A stretch of 63,620 nt of DNA, filler included, from Octopus bimaculoides (GCF_001194135.2; 8 parts of 7 records of this genome joined end to end with filler, not necessarily neighbours in it), one strand, 5' to 3'; shown: positions 39,546 to 52,797, counted from the first letter of the whole stretch. A program made the numbers and translations. The notes: generated by a model from the letters alone, not told the origin.

Positions 39546-40049
39546 GACACACACACATAGGTAGATAGCTACATAAACGCAGATATGCATACACACTCAC
39601 ACGAATACACATGCGCACATGTACAAGAGAAATACACACAGATGCACAAACATAAACACACATACTTCAACACTAATAAACACTTATATTTTCAAGTATA
39701 TATAAATTTATACTCATATAAACCCATAAACACATTCATATCCATACACATAGATACGTGCATTCACATATACACGTGCATGTGTGTGTATTTGCGTCTG
39801 TATGTGTGTGTGCGTGTGTGTGTGTGTGTCGATGTGTGTCTGTATGTGTATGTGTTTGTGTGTGTGTGTGTGTGTGAAGGGCTACACATTAGAACCCCAG
39901 TCAAAATAACGTGATGGAAATAGGAATATACCTACTGGGCAACAGACAGGGAGTTTCAGGGCGAGTTTGAAGAACACTTTACGTGCATATTTTTATATGT
40001 GTGTGTGTGTGTATGTGTGTGTGTGCGTGCGTGTGCGCGCGCGCGTATA

Positions 40050-40364
40050 GCAATAAGAAAATGGAGGGGAATATGAGGTACTCATCAACTTGCAGACACT
40101 GTACTCTCCAGCGTACTGGAGCTATATAAATAGAATGGGGCATGCCAACGCTAGGCCGAAACAGCTGTAAGATTTTGTCCCTCCTCCGTTTGCTAGATCT
40201 CCTTTTAAATTTGAAATTTTAATTGTTGATATGACATAGTATGTCATTAGTGTCTGTATATTGTCTTTATTGTCCTTTTGGTTGCAAAATAAACGGATTA
40301 ATCAACAGAGTACAGTGTCTGCAAGTTGATGAGTACCTCATATTCCCCTCCATTTTCTTATTGC
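40050..40364. repeat. Perfect 58-bp inverted repeat with 199-bp spacer
   Basis: 40050-40107 is the exact reverse complement of 40307-40364. Confidence 0.92.
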
Positions 40365-40885
40365 CATATAAATTTAGGGTAAAACCCCCCTTTTACCTGC
40401 ACCCACTTATTGCACTTGGTATACCACTAGTGTAACAATAATTGGGTACCCTCCCAGCAGTATATTGGATAGATATTATCCCTCAGTGGGTTGAATCCTC
40501 AACCCCTAACTCTCTTNNNNNNNNNNNNNNNNNNNNNNNNNNNNNNNNNNNNNNNNNNNNNNNNNNNNNNNNNNNNNNNNNNNNNNNNNNNNNNNNNNNN
40601 NNNNNNNNNNNNNNNNNNNNNNNNNNNNNNNNNNNNNNNNNNNNNNNNNNNNNNNNNNNNNNNNNNNNNNNNNNNNNNNNNNNNNNNNNNNNNNNNNNNN
40701 NNNNNNNNNNNNNNNNNNNNNNNNATATATATATATATATATTTGCATATAAGAGACAAGGTGTACGTACGTCGCTATATATATATATATATATATGTAT
40801 AAATAATACAGAATTTCCCATTCTGTATTATTTATACACACACACACGCACACACACACACACATATATATATGCATATGTTTAT

Positions 40886-41045
40886 GCGACGAACTTCTTT
40901 CGGTTTTCTTCTATGGAATCCACTTACAAGGATTTGGTCGACCCGAGGCTATAGTAGAAAACACTTGCCCAAAGTGCCACGCTGTGGGACTGAACCTAGG
41001 GCGGTGTGGTTGGGAAGCAAGCTTCTTACTTCACAGCCGCCTCCG
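40886..41045 (-). mobile_element. SINE family A, head
   Basis: Matches 16-177. Confidence 0.75.
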
Positions 41046-42330
41046 TCCCGAAAGGATGGAAAGCAATGTTGTCCTCATGCGGAAAACGCTAAAAACTCTC
41101 ATGCACAGCATATTCGAAACACTCGCAGACTCGCGCGCGCACGCACACACACACATACACATAAAAGCACGCGAAGCAAAGGAATATGAAACACACACAC
41201 ACACACACACAGGTCACCCGAATAACACTTATACACATACTCTCCTAATGANNNNNNNNNNNNNNNNNNNNNNNNNNNNNNNNNNNNNNNNNNNNTTAAT
41301 TAATTAANNNNNNNNNNNNNNNNNNNNNNNNNNNNNNNNNNNNNNNNNNNNATATATATATATATATATATATATACATACATACATATACATATTTATG
41401 TCTGTGGGTGGGTGTATATTTGTGCATACACGTATGTATGTGTGTAAGAATTTACGTGTGTATACATATAGAACCTTCTGGGTGCTTGATCTGATAAAAT
41501 ATCACTTCAGCCACCTTACTAATCTTTGGTAGCTCTAATTATATTATGTCCTAAATAAGATGTCTTTATACAACTGAAATAACATTCATCACAGATCGTT
41601 TCCTTTCAGTGATCGAAACAGAAATCGACATTGTGTCAGTGAGTCTGAACAAAACCATACATTGATTGACCTACATACCTATCACGTTATCAACACGTAG
41701 TTATGTACTGGTTTGTCAACAAATGTGGGGTCGTATACGTTACTTCGACCTCGTAGAAATAGAGGAATAGTTTCCCTCTTAGTCATACATTCTTTTTTAA
41801 TATTTGAAAGTACATATAATGTAGAACTAGATTCAGTACTGATTAATTGTGAAACGTTAGAAACTCTGCACATTTTATCACTTAATGGAAACAACCTCGG
41901 ATTTTAGATATATGCGATTGTAGCTTTATAAACAAGAAATGCCACTTGGAGAACAATAATACGAACAAACAAAGGAAGGCAATGACCAGGTAGTGGCATT
42001 TCACTTTTCATTTATTTGAATTCCCTAGACCCTTCTGTATCCACAGCTATCCTTATATCTATATCTCTTGTGTCACACGTTTTGTGTTTGTCCTAAATAT
42101 TCTGGTGACGGCACCATCATATTCTCGTTGCAATTTAGACGACAATTATTACTTTAAAATTTGAAACTATTTTGGGGAGTTTTTGTATTTTACTTTCTGG
42201 TGACATTAATCCCAAAACTAGTATCAATATTCTGCTGACTTATCTGTGCAACACACTATATTTCTTTGTTTAAACAAGCACGCACAGCTTAGGAATAAAG
42301 AAACGAGGCAAGAAATATTGATTACATATT

Positions 42331-42533
42331 GTGGCACAAGGCCCACAATATCGGGAGGAATGGTTCAGTCGAGGACATTGATCCCAGGGCTCAACTGGTA
42401 ATTACTTTATCGACTCCAAAAGGAAGAAAAGCAAAGTCGTCCGCGGTGTGATTTGAACTCAGAACGTAAAGACGTATGAAATGCCGCGAAGTATTTTCCA
42501 CGGTGGGCTAATAATTCTGCCAGCAAGCCGCTT
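42331..42533 (-). mobile_element. SINE family B, diverged
   Basis: GGCACAAGG...TTTGAACTCAGAACGTAAAGAC...ATTCTGCCAG. Confidence 0.75.
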
Positions 42534-44116
42534 TGATACACGGATTATTATCACCAGATGACACACCATGCATAAAATATTTCAGTGAATTCAGCAACTC
42601 ATTTTATCGCAGACCCTTTATTATAGCATTGATATCAGTTAGTCGTGCAAACTACATTTTGGCGACCACTGAACAAAATTATCCAAAATTCGCTATTGCC
42701 CATTCCGCATATCTCTAAACTAACATGGCACTGATTATATCGCATTTAGTATTTGGACTTCCGAGATGTCAAGGTTGTTCTCTATCAGCTTGTTGCTGTT
42801 ATTCTAAGAAATACTTCCTATAAAATCCATTTTCTACTTTCTACCCCTACTTTCTTCTGCATTCTCTCTTATCCCCATTATANNNNNNNNNNNNNNNNNN
42901 NNNNNNNNNNNNNNNNNNNNNNNNNNNNNNNNNNNNNNNNNNNNNNNNNNNNNNNNNNNNNNNNNNNNNNNNNNNNNNNNNNNNNNNNNNNNNNNNNNNN
43001 NNNNNNNNNNNNNNNNNNNNNNNNNNNNNNNNNNNNNNNNNNNNNNNNNNNNNNNNNNNNNNNNNNNNNNNNNNNNNNNNNNNNNNNNNNNNNNNNNNNN
43101 NNNNNNNNNNNNNNNNNNNNNNNNNNNNNNNNNNNNNNNNNNNNNNNNNNNNNNNNNNNNNNNNNNNNNNNNNNNNNNNNNNNNNNNNNNNNNNNNNNNN
43201 NNNNNNNNNNNNNNNNNNNNNNNNNNNNNNNNNNNNNNNNNNNNNNNNNNNNNNNNNNNNNNNNNNNNNNNNNNNNNNNNNNNNNNNNNNNNNNNNNNNN
43301 NNNNNNNNNNNNNNNNNNNNNNNNNNNNNNNNNNNNNNNNNNNNNNNNNNNNNNNNNNNNNNNNNNNNNNNNNNNNNNNNNNNNNNNNNNNNNNNNNNNN
43401 NNNNNNNNNNNNNNNNNNNNNNNNNNNNNNNNNNNNNNNNNNNNNNNNNNNNNNNNNNNNNNNNNNNNNNNNNNNNNNNNNNNNNNNNNNNNNNNNNNNN
43501 NNNNNNNNNNNNNNNNNNNNNNNNNNNNNNNNNNNNNNNNNNNNNNNNNNNNNNNNNNNATATATATATATATATATATATAATATATATATATATATAT
43601 GGAAAAATACATATACATATTCTTTGATAATCGCAAAAAGTTGAGGAGGAACTGACCTGGCTTTTTTCTCTTAGATATATATGACGATATTATTGTTTTA
43701 AATAATATCAGTGGTTTAGCATGCGTAAAAAATCATAAAGATAAAGATTATCAATTAATAATTAAAGGTAATAACAGGCAGTATCCACATGCTAACATAG
43801 CAGTCAAAACCACAAGTTTTCACTTAAACACAAAGCTGAAAGCAGGAAAATGAACAAAAACCCTAACACCCCGTAACAATGATGAAAATAATCGAAAATT
43901 GAAAACGCCAGACATATCCGTATCATCGAAACAGCTTTGAGAAATGCCATTAGTGCATTCTAAGTGAGTCTTACTGAACCCAGGGTTGAAGAATTTGTTC
44001 ATCTCAGCCAATGTGTGCGATTACTGTTTTTAATGCCGCAGCAAATTTATAAAGGTGATCAAAGTAAGAACAATTGGAGAGTATTGTACTTCGCTTGGAG
44101 CATTGTGAATTTTTTG

Positions 44117-44347
44117 TAAATAATAAAAGTTTTTGAATAGTACAACAATGCACTATAATATAAACAATGGGCTATATACCTCTTGTAATTTAGCCATCCA
44201 TAGTCTCATGCTCCATCTAAGAATATCTGACGAAGGAATTTTATTCCGAAATATCATCAGACTATAGATGACTAAATTACAACAGGTATATAGCCCATTG
44301 CTTATATTATAGTGAATTGTTGTACTATTCAAAACTTTTATTATTTA
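44117..44347. repeat. About 90-bp inverted repeat with 52-nt spacer
   Basis: 44117-44206 versus 44259-44347: 5 substitutions and 1 indel. Confidence 0.92.
44227..44258 (+). ncRNA. Hammerhead-ribozyme-like core (minimal type I); helix I uncertain
   Basis: CTGACGA-A-[GGAAT ttt ATTCC]-GAAA-TATC-ATC. Conserved CUGANGA and GAAA boxes, 5-bp helix II, candidate AUC cleavage triplet. Confidence 0.55.
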
Positions 44348-44816
44348 TGAATAATGATATATATGAGGATATTATTGGTTATAATAACACCAGTGACTTA
44401 GGATGCGTAAAAACCCATAAATGTAAAAAAAATTATCAATTAATAATTAAGGGTACTAACAGGCAGTACCAGCATGCTAACATAGCAGTCATTTTCATTT
44501 GCCCGCTTTCACTTTTCTGTTTAATTGAAAACTTGTGTTTTAGTCATTTTCACTGTTATGTTAGCATGCCGGTACTGCTACAATAGTGATGACATGAAAT
44601 TCCATCCTCTTGCTCTGTTAAAATATTTAAGAAAAATTATATTAATATATCTTGTCTGTTGAAAATCCATATTTGTGCAGCTGAAGATAGCGCTGTATTT
44701 AAATTGATGTAATGATTGCATTGTTCAATTATTAGATAACAATGCCGTAAGTGTATAAGATTAATCAATGCCTACACGTTCAGAGATATACCTACCGATT
44801 AAAATTCTTTTCTTTT

Positions 44817-44995
44817 CTATTGTGGGCACAAGGTTCGAAATCTTAGGGGAAGGACCAGTCGATTACATCGACCCCAGTACACAACTGGTACTTAATTTAT
44901 CGACCTCAAACGGATGAATGGCACAGACGACCTCGGCGGAACTTGAACTCAGAGCGTAAAGACAGACGAAATACCGCTAAGCATTTCGCGTTACC
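44817..44995 (-). mobile_element. SINE family B, partial
   Basis: GTCGATTACATCGACCCCAGT...GACCTCGGCGGAACTTGAACTCAG. Confidence 0.8.
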
Positions 44996-45210
44996 GATCA
45001 GAATTGAGACATTAATGCTTACAGTAATAAGAATCTGCCTAATATATATTCCAGACAAGAATATAACATAAGCAAAATACTGATGACGAATATACGTAAA
45101 TTGCTGTCATAAACAAAGTGAAAGTCATTCAAACTGAAATATGAAAAATAAAAAAAGACATCAATGAAAATTTTAAAATCGAGAAATAGTAGTGTAATCA
45201 AATCCGAATG

Positions 45211-45340
<130 letters not shown>

Positions 45341-48300
45341 TGTGATTTTTTGTACATGTGTGTTTCTACTATGTTTATACTTTTATATCGGTATATATAC
45401 GCGTGTGTTTTGTATGTCTGAGTGTTCGTGTGTGTGTTTGTATATATGCGTGTGTCTGTATGTGTACGGTAACATATGTAAATGGACAAATGTGTGCTTA
45501 AATGGTTTTCAATTTTCTTCAGTAATATTTATTAAATATACATCGTGTATTCACTGATATTTTCTGTATATTATGATATTACCCTAACTTATTTCACACC
45601 ACAAAATACTTTAGTAAATCACATGGACCATATTCTGACAGCCTTAGCATGAGTTACCCGTTAATGTATTCAGGCTACTTTGGTAACCCTTATATCCTGA
45701 TAGTGCTACAGCGAAAGTATAAAAGGTAACCTCGGTCAGAAAAGAGAAGTTGGCGTTTCTCTGTAGGCGTTGTTCGTATGAAACCCAATACACGCTATCA
45801 GTGAGGTTATTGACGTTGCTGCCATTACGGTGCAGATATGAAAATAACGCTTCTTTGTGCTGAGGAGGAAATAATATAGAAAAATTGTTAAAACGGTGGT
45901 ACAAGGGTCTCAATATAACGAAGGAAATTGCTCGGTATTAGAACCTGTACTGTCTCCTTGTTGCAGCGGATTCAAAAGTTAACTCTACTAATTAATGCGA
46001 GGTGATTAATTCCCTATATTTTGCTGACATGATTCAAAATCAGAACCGGTCGCCTAAGGGTGATTACCTGGCGTTTGGTCTATTGACCTTTTGATTCAGT
46101 CGTCCGCAGATCTTTTGTTTCTGTTAACTATAAAATTAAATACTTCCTAATAACTATGTGATTTACTTGTGTCTAGAAGGGTAGAAAACAACTGATTTAA
46201 ACAAGTGAAAATCCCGTGTCACAAACAGGTGAAAAGCTAAACGAAGCAACTATGAAGCCATCGGACATATGTGAAAAGCCGGATAGAAAAACTAGAAGAG
46301 GAACAGAATGAAGACATCAGAGCAATTATCTTATACGCTCGCTATTTCTTTTGTCTAGCAAAGAAGCAAAACTATATCTTTCTCTTACTGCCAAGTCGAA
46401 TTATGTATGTGGACACAAATTTGTCTCTTTTACTCAAGTAAGTCATTGAAGAGAATATATCTGATTCAAAATGAAGAGAAAAAAAAACAAAAAATCGATG
46501 TCTATTTATTTTTCTTTACTTGCTGAGAATGTATACCTCTTTTGAGTGATCACATTGAATTGGAAGAAAGAAATTCATTGCTGTAACATATCAGTCAATA
46601 GTTGGTATGACGAGTGACAACATTATCTCTGAAAGGTTAGTTTCACTACGATAGATATTTGCGTCCAAGTTTCGAATTTCTTACAGTTTTTTTTTTTTTG
46701 TTTTTAATTTCTGTTTATTCCTTTAATGCTAAGCTGGCAGCATACATTTTGTCATTTAACCTGAAAACAAAACAGTAAAGTTTTTGATGCGGTCCAGTCA
46801 ATTGAGATGACATTAATTTCTTTTAAAATGCCTTTCATAGATTTTTGTTAAGAAATGATATAGATTGCTTTCTTAACAGCATATATACGCTTGTGTTTTT
46901 ATTTATAAATATTAGTTACACTACAAGATTTCTTTTTCTGATATTCATATGAGTAAAATACATATTCTGCATTGTATTGATTACATATTTCTTATACATT
47001 AAATAAAATATTGTCTGATTTTTTTTTAAAGTAAATACTTTTCTCTTCGCCTAGGTTATATCTTCTACCTTTCGAAATGAATTAATCCTTAAACATTGTT
47101 CTGATTTGGTTTTCATTTACTGTGTTTTCAACTGCACCATCATATATCAGATTAGAAATATATCTTTACATTTCAATGATATACATTTTTATCATAATTT
47201 TGCTTTAATATACATATATACTTAAAGACGTTGAAATTTTATTTCTTTGCATGCATGACATATATTTTCAACTGTAGAGAATACTATTTATGTTATTTCC
47301 CTGAAATTATTTTTCGTGAAAAAATATTTGCATCTTTTTCTTATGTCTTCGTGCCTGCTCACATGCATCAGAGCCGTAAATTAAATAGTGAGAAGCTTCC
47401 AAAATAATGATCTTTCTGTAAGGAATAAGCATTGTAAATATGAACTCTTAGAGTTTCACATTGATCATCGTGATTTCGTCAGGGCGTAGGAGAGAAATAT
47501 ATACACGACACTTAGAGATATCACAGAGGCTACACACATAGCAATAGACAGACCGAGCATCAGCAGAAAACATGAATGGTACAATAATACCCGCCAACAC
47601 ACCACACAACATGATGAATAAAAACTAAAGATTGAAGAGAAGAAAAGATAAAACAGATACAAACAGCGTAATGCACTATACATATATGCGCATACCTTTG
47701 ATGATTATATAAAAATTAGAGACATTAAAAAAACACTGTATAAAGGGAACGGATACAAACAGCATAGGAGGCGAACCCATTCTTACTTATAATTGCTATG
47801 TAATGAACATTTTATGAATTTGAATTTCAAAGTTGTTGACACACTATCGTAAACGAGAATTGCAGCAACGAAAATCTTGGGTATGCGCCAATCTTGGTAG
47901 TGCCAGATACGCTAGCTTCAAGAGCAGAAGAACTGTATAAAATACAAGGATGTGAGAGAAACCGTGTTTTAGAAAATGGATCAGATTTAGTAGGTGAGTT
48001 ACCTAGTACTAATCAGTACAGCAGCATTTTTTCAAGTGTTCGAACTTGTAGAATACCAAGCAAATAGTGGAACTTTGCAATCAATATTGTTTATTTAATT
48101 AGTGCATACAAATTATTGTTTATATTAAAAGCGTATTGAATTTTTGATTAAAGCAATTAATTTGTAATATCGTTAAGACGTTAATCTCTGCAGGCACAAA
48201 ATTTTATTTAGCAAAATAGTAGGTCATTTCTTACCAGCCATGGATTCGGATATTTACTAGTTTTTGTATCTATATTAATTTCACTAACAATAATTAATTA

Positions 48301-50038
48301 GTCACTTTTCAAAAACAATGTCCTTAAGTTATATTTTCTCAGTTTCACATTGCTGTCAACAAAATTTTATCAGCTAGACCCAAGTTCCCTGACTACATGC
48401 GGTTTTCTCAGGCAAAACAAAATTTGAATTTAAACGTAATGAAGCTTATATTTGTCTCTCAATAAATATATCTCATTAACGACCGAGTATTTACACACAT
48501 ACATAATACTGACATGGCACCATCCAATATTAAATATTGTTGTTTTAAATATAAAAACGACTTATTTTGATTTATTTATATTCTTTGCAAGAAAAGTAAA
48601 GAGCCACTTTACTAAGTGATATACTGATATTTAAATTGTTTTAATAGGTGTTGGCATTTGTATTTGTATGTCGATGCACGTATATTGAAGTATACATTTT
48701 CTAATGAATCATGTTACCCGAAGGTTTTTCTATAATTTCCTCGAAATATATTTGGCATTTTTGCAAAATAAGCAACCAAAATAACCTTATTTTTGTGAAG
48801 TTACACACACATATTTAGAAGGAATTTCTGAAACCTGTTTCTATGTACATACGTTTATTTATATACATTAAACTTACTTTCAAAAATAGTACATTTTCAT
48901 TTATTTTTAAGTCGATTATTTGAAAATTTTCTATTTTACCATGATTCTGATCTCATCATCTTAAATTTGCTTAAGTCTTACCTAATCTTATTTTGACCTC
49001 ATCATATTATTTTTATGCATATCATTGTAGAAACCCTATTTAAGTTTTTTCCAATGTTATATATGTATGTAAATCCTGTTTTATAGCTCCAGCCATATGT
49101 GTATTCACATTTTGTAAGATAACCATAAAGATGTCTTTCTAGATTCTTTGCTATTCATCTGCAATTGCTGAAAATTCAGGTATTTTTCAATGCTAAAAAA
49201 ATAGCATGATAATTAAAATTAACTCTCATGTAAGTTTTGTACTACTTATGTTCGTTAGAAAGTAAATTTGAATAATTTACTATATTAACATCAGATTTTT
49301 TTAGAGAGGCGCATAAAAGTAAGTTTTAGTGATACTTCCAATATTATCTAATTAACATCTAAAATTAAATTCTTTTCAAAATAACAAATAAAAGAAAAAC
49401 GATCGTTGCATAAAAGCTCTAAACTTCAGCGTATCTAGCATCATGTTATATTCATTACTGCAAAAAAGCTTCATTTCAAATGCATAGGCATTTAGCATAA
49501 TTACTCCACTCACTAATGATGTAAGCATTAGGTATACATACCCTCTTTGCATGCTCAAATTACTTGCGTAACTCAATATTTCCCGCCTCCCTTTTATATA
49601 AACTTATATTGAATATAAACTTATATTGAAATATATTCACTTAAATACATTTAATTTCCTAATTTTTCCATAATTCTGTTTCAAACCGTCCATAATTTTT
49701 TCCACATTCATTACCGCCGAAATTTTCATTTCTATATATTCATTCGCCAGAGTTTGGAACAACTTCGGAACGCTTCGACATCACTGCTCCCTCAGAAACT
49801 GACAAAAAATATATCCTGGAATATAATGTGTGCGTGTGTTTCTGTGCGTTTTGTTTTTGTCTTTCTCTTTGTGTTTGACCCCCACTAAAGCTTAAAAATC
49901 TTATAATTTAGTGGTTCGATATAAGAGAACGATAATAAGTACTAGATTTTAAATGTAAGTAATGGAGTCGATTTCTTCAACTAAACTCTTCAAGATCGCA
50001 TCCCATATATATATGTATATATTTTCATGTATATGCTT

Positions 50039-50093
<55 letters not shown>

Positions 50094-50663
50094 CACACAC
50101 ATATTCACATACCCAAACTATATGAACACATGCACGCATATATAGTCTACACACATCTACACGTCCTTGCGCATACACCCGAGTACACACGTACACACAT
50201 ACACACAAACACAGACATTCGTATAGTCTGTATTTTTTCAGTATTGAGCTAATCTGCTATAATGTTTCAGTGAATACAACATTGTAAAAAGATACAGAAT
50301 ATAAGTATCAATTATGAATAATTACAAGCTATGGACGAAAAAAATTGTTTCGTTTATTATATCGTAATATAAGACAAGGCATTGACAAAATCATATATGC
50401 ATCGAACAATATGATTATCGTTCTGTCTTCAACCCCCGACGAATTCGATTTAGCATTTTAACTATTCGGACTTGATAAAATAAGATATCTGTCAACTTGT
50501 TTTCTCCACTAAAAATTACTGACCCTGTGTCAAAAATTAGAACGAATTATATTGGAGTGAGGTAATACGAGGTATCTGAGAAATGAATGAAAGACAGTGA
50601 GATTCATGGATAGATAAACGGAAGAATTGGCTATCGATAACAGTCTGCCAGGAAAAGAGAAAG

Positions 50664-50907
50664 AAGGCGGCGCGCTGGCAGAAACGTTAGCACGCCGGGG
50701 GAAATGCTTGGCGCTATTTCGCCTGTCTTTATGTTCTGCATTCAAATTCCACCGAGGTCGAATTTGACTGTCATCCTTTCGGGGCTGACTAAATAAGTAC
50801 CAGTTACGCACTGGGTCGATACAATCGACTTAATCCGTTTGTCTGTCCTTGTTTGTCCCCTCTGTGTGTAGCCCCTTGAGGGCAATAAAGAAATAAGAAA
50901 TAAGAAA
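50664..50907 (+). mobile_element. SINE family B with alternative tail ending (AAGAAAT)n
   Basis: Family B head, then TTTGTCTGTCCTTGTTTGTCCCCTCT...GGCAATAAAGAAATAAGAAATAAG. The same tail occurs at about 62420-62525. Confidence 0.9.
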
Positions 50908-51614
50908 ATGAGAATAAGCATAAGAATATGTAAATGAACATGTATGTATTAGTGACAGATTAAGATACTGCTCATTGTGGTGGTTCGAGAGAGAAACAAA
51001 CAGACAGAAAGAAGGAGAGACTTTTACATAAAACATTAGATAGATGCATTCTGATATTGCAAAACTGATTAAATATGTAATGTGTGTGGCATTTAGTAAA
51101 AGATTGAGCAGAATTTATTTTCGTTAAAAACAATTAGTTGTGAAAGAAATTTTTTAAAATGAAGGATTTTGAAAATATTGAAGACGTTTGAGAATGTTAA
51201 TTATGGGTATTTATATGTTGGAGGGGGTTAAATAGTTAATACTAAGACATTAGAATTCAATTCTGTATAATTAGAAAGTTGTTTTGTACGAAAGACAATA
51301 TTGAAGATTTAAAAGGTATGTGAGATTTATAAGAGAAAATAAAGTGTTGTACACATATTATTTGAAGTAGCTTACAGATAATGAAAGAGTAGAGAATTAG
51401 TTGGCGTGAAAACGAAAGATAGAGCGTCAAACACTCTTAATCCGGTCGCTTTAAATATTGTGCCATTGGTGGATTTTATATTTCTGACTTTACAGAGAAG
51501 ATGAATGACAAAGGGGAATAAATAATTTTGGAAGATCGAAATGGTGATTTATATAGATTAAGGTTACCAGATTTGAATCGATCCAGAGAGTAGAAAAGGC
51601 GATATATATACATG

Positions 51615-51662
<48 letters not shown>

Positions 51663-52569
51663 TGTGTGTGTGTGCGTGCGTGTGTGTGTGCGTGCGTGCG
51701 CGTGCGTTTGTGTGTAAAAAGACATAATCTCTGTAGTATTAATTTTAGAAAGTATATTTTTATGTGGGAAATAACTTATAATGTTATTTGAATAGGGAGT
51801 CTTTAAGAATTAAATATATTAGAAATATAGGAAAACTAGTCGTTTTTTAAAATTCAGAGTCGAATAAAATCAATTAATTACTTAAACTGTAGAGAAGAGA
51901 AAGGATAAAATTAATGAGTAGCTATAGAAGAGTCAACGCATATATAGCACTAATGGATGTTAAATGCAAACTAGTGGAACACATATTCATTTTACGACAG
52001 TAAGGAACTAATAGGAATAAGAACTAATAGGAATATATAATAGTTTTAAAGTTACATTAAATATGATTGCCCATTACTGCTATGAGTGATCAGGAAAAAG
52101 AAAGTAGTTACAAAAACATAGTACCAAGCAGCAATTAGAAGTAATTGCAGATACTTATGTTGGAGTATCAATGTATAAGATAACAACATGGAAAGCAAAA
52201 TACCAATAAACGCAGAAAATACAGAAAAATAATTTCCATTCTACTGAAATCAATAAAGAACCTACTCCATCAAAGATAGGATACTCAAATACTAATGAAA
52301 AGAAATACGTAGAACGAAAGACTTTCTGAAGATAATAAACACTGACCAAATTGCAAGTAGACGTGAGAACCAGAAGCAATACTCTAAACACAAGAAACAG
52401 ATCGACGCCAAATTTAAAGGCCTTTTGTCAGAATCTAGGCAAAAGGATTATTGAAATCAAGATTGTTCCAACAAGAAAAAAAAAGAAGTCTGAGGTGTAA
52501 GAGTTAGGCAATAATCTCCACGGAAATTGTTCAAAGGAACGAAAAGTATCTGATCCATCGTGGTATGTT

Positions 52570-52797
52570 TTGGGTTGTCCGGAAAGTTCGTGCCGATTTT
52601 TAAATGAAAGAAAAAGGTCAATAAATACTTGCCATTACATTTTTAATCAACCAAATGTGAACCATTTTGTTGCACAATGCGTCTCCATCTTTCCTTTAAC
52701 TTGAAAATACCCTCTTCTTAGAACTGAGGTGGTTTTATGGCAAATAAGTCGAAAGGTAAGCTACTATAAATCGGCATGAACTTTCCGGACAACCCAA
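52570..52797. mobile_element. Mariner-type MITE
   Basis: About 30-bp TIRs TTGGGTTGTCCGGAAAGTTCGTGCCGATTT / AAATCGGCATGAACTTTCCGGACAACCCAA|TA. Confidence 0.8.

Noticed and set aside
41682-41894. 70-aa minus ORF ending next to a GTATGT donor
   Set aside because: The frame stops just before the donor, the other frames are closed, and there is no good acceptor.
45080-45115. CTGATGA-CG...CG-TAAA...GTC hammerhead-like string
   Set aside because: TAAA in place of GAAA, 2-bp helix II and no helix I.
45650-45830. Plus-strand GYFGNPYILIVLQRK resembling GPCR TM1
   Set aside because: Immediate stop, no recognisable TM2-TM7, and needs several frameshifts.
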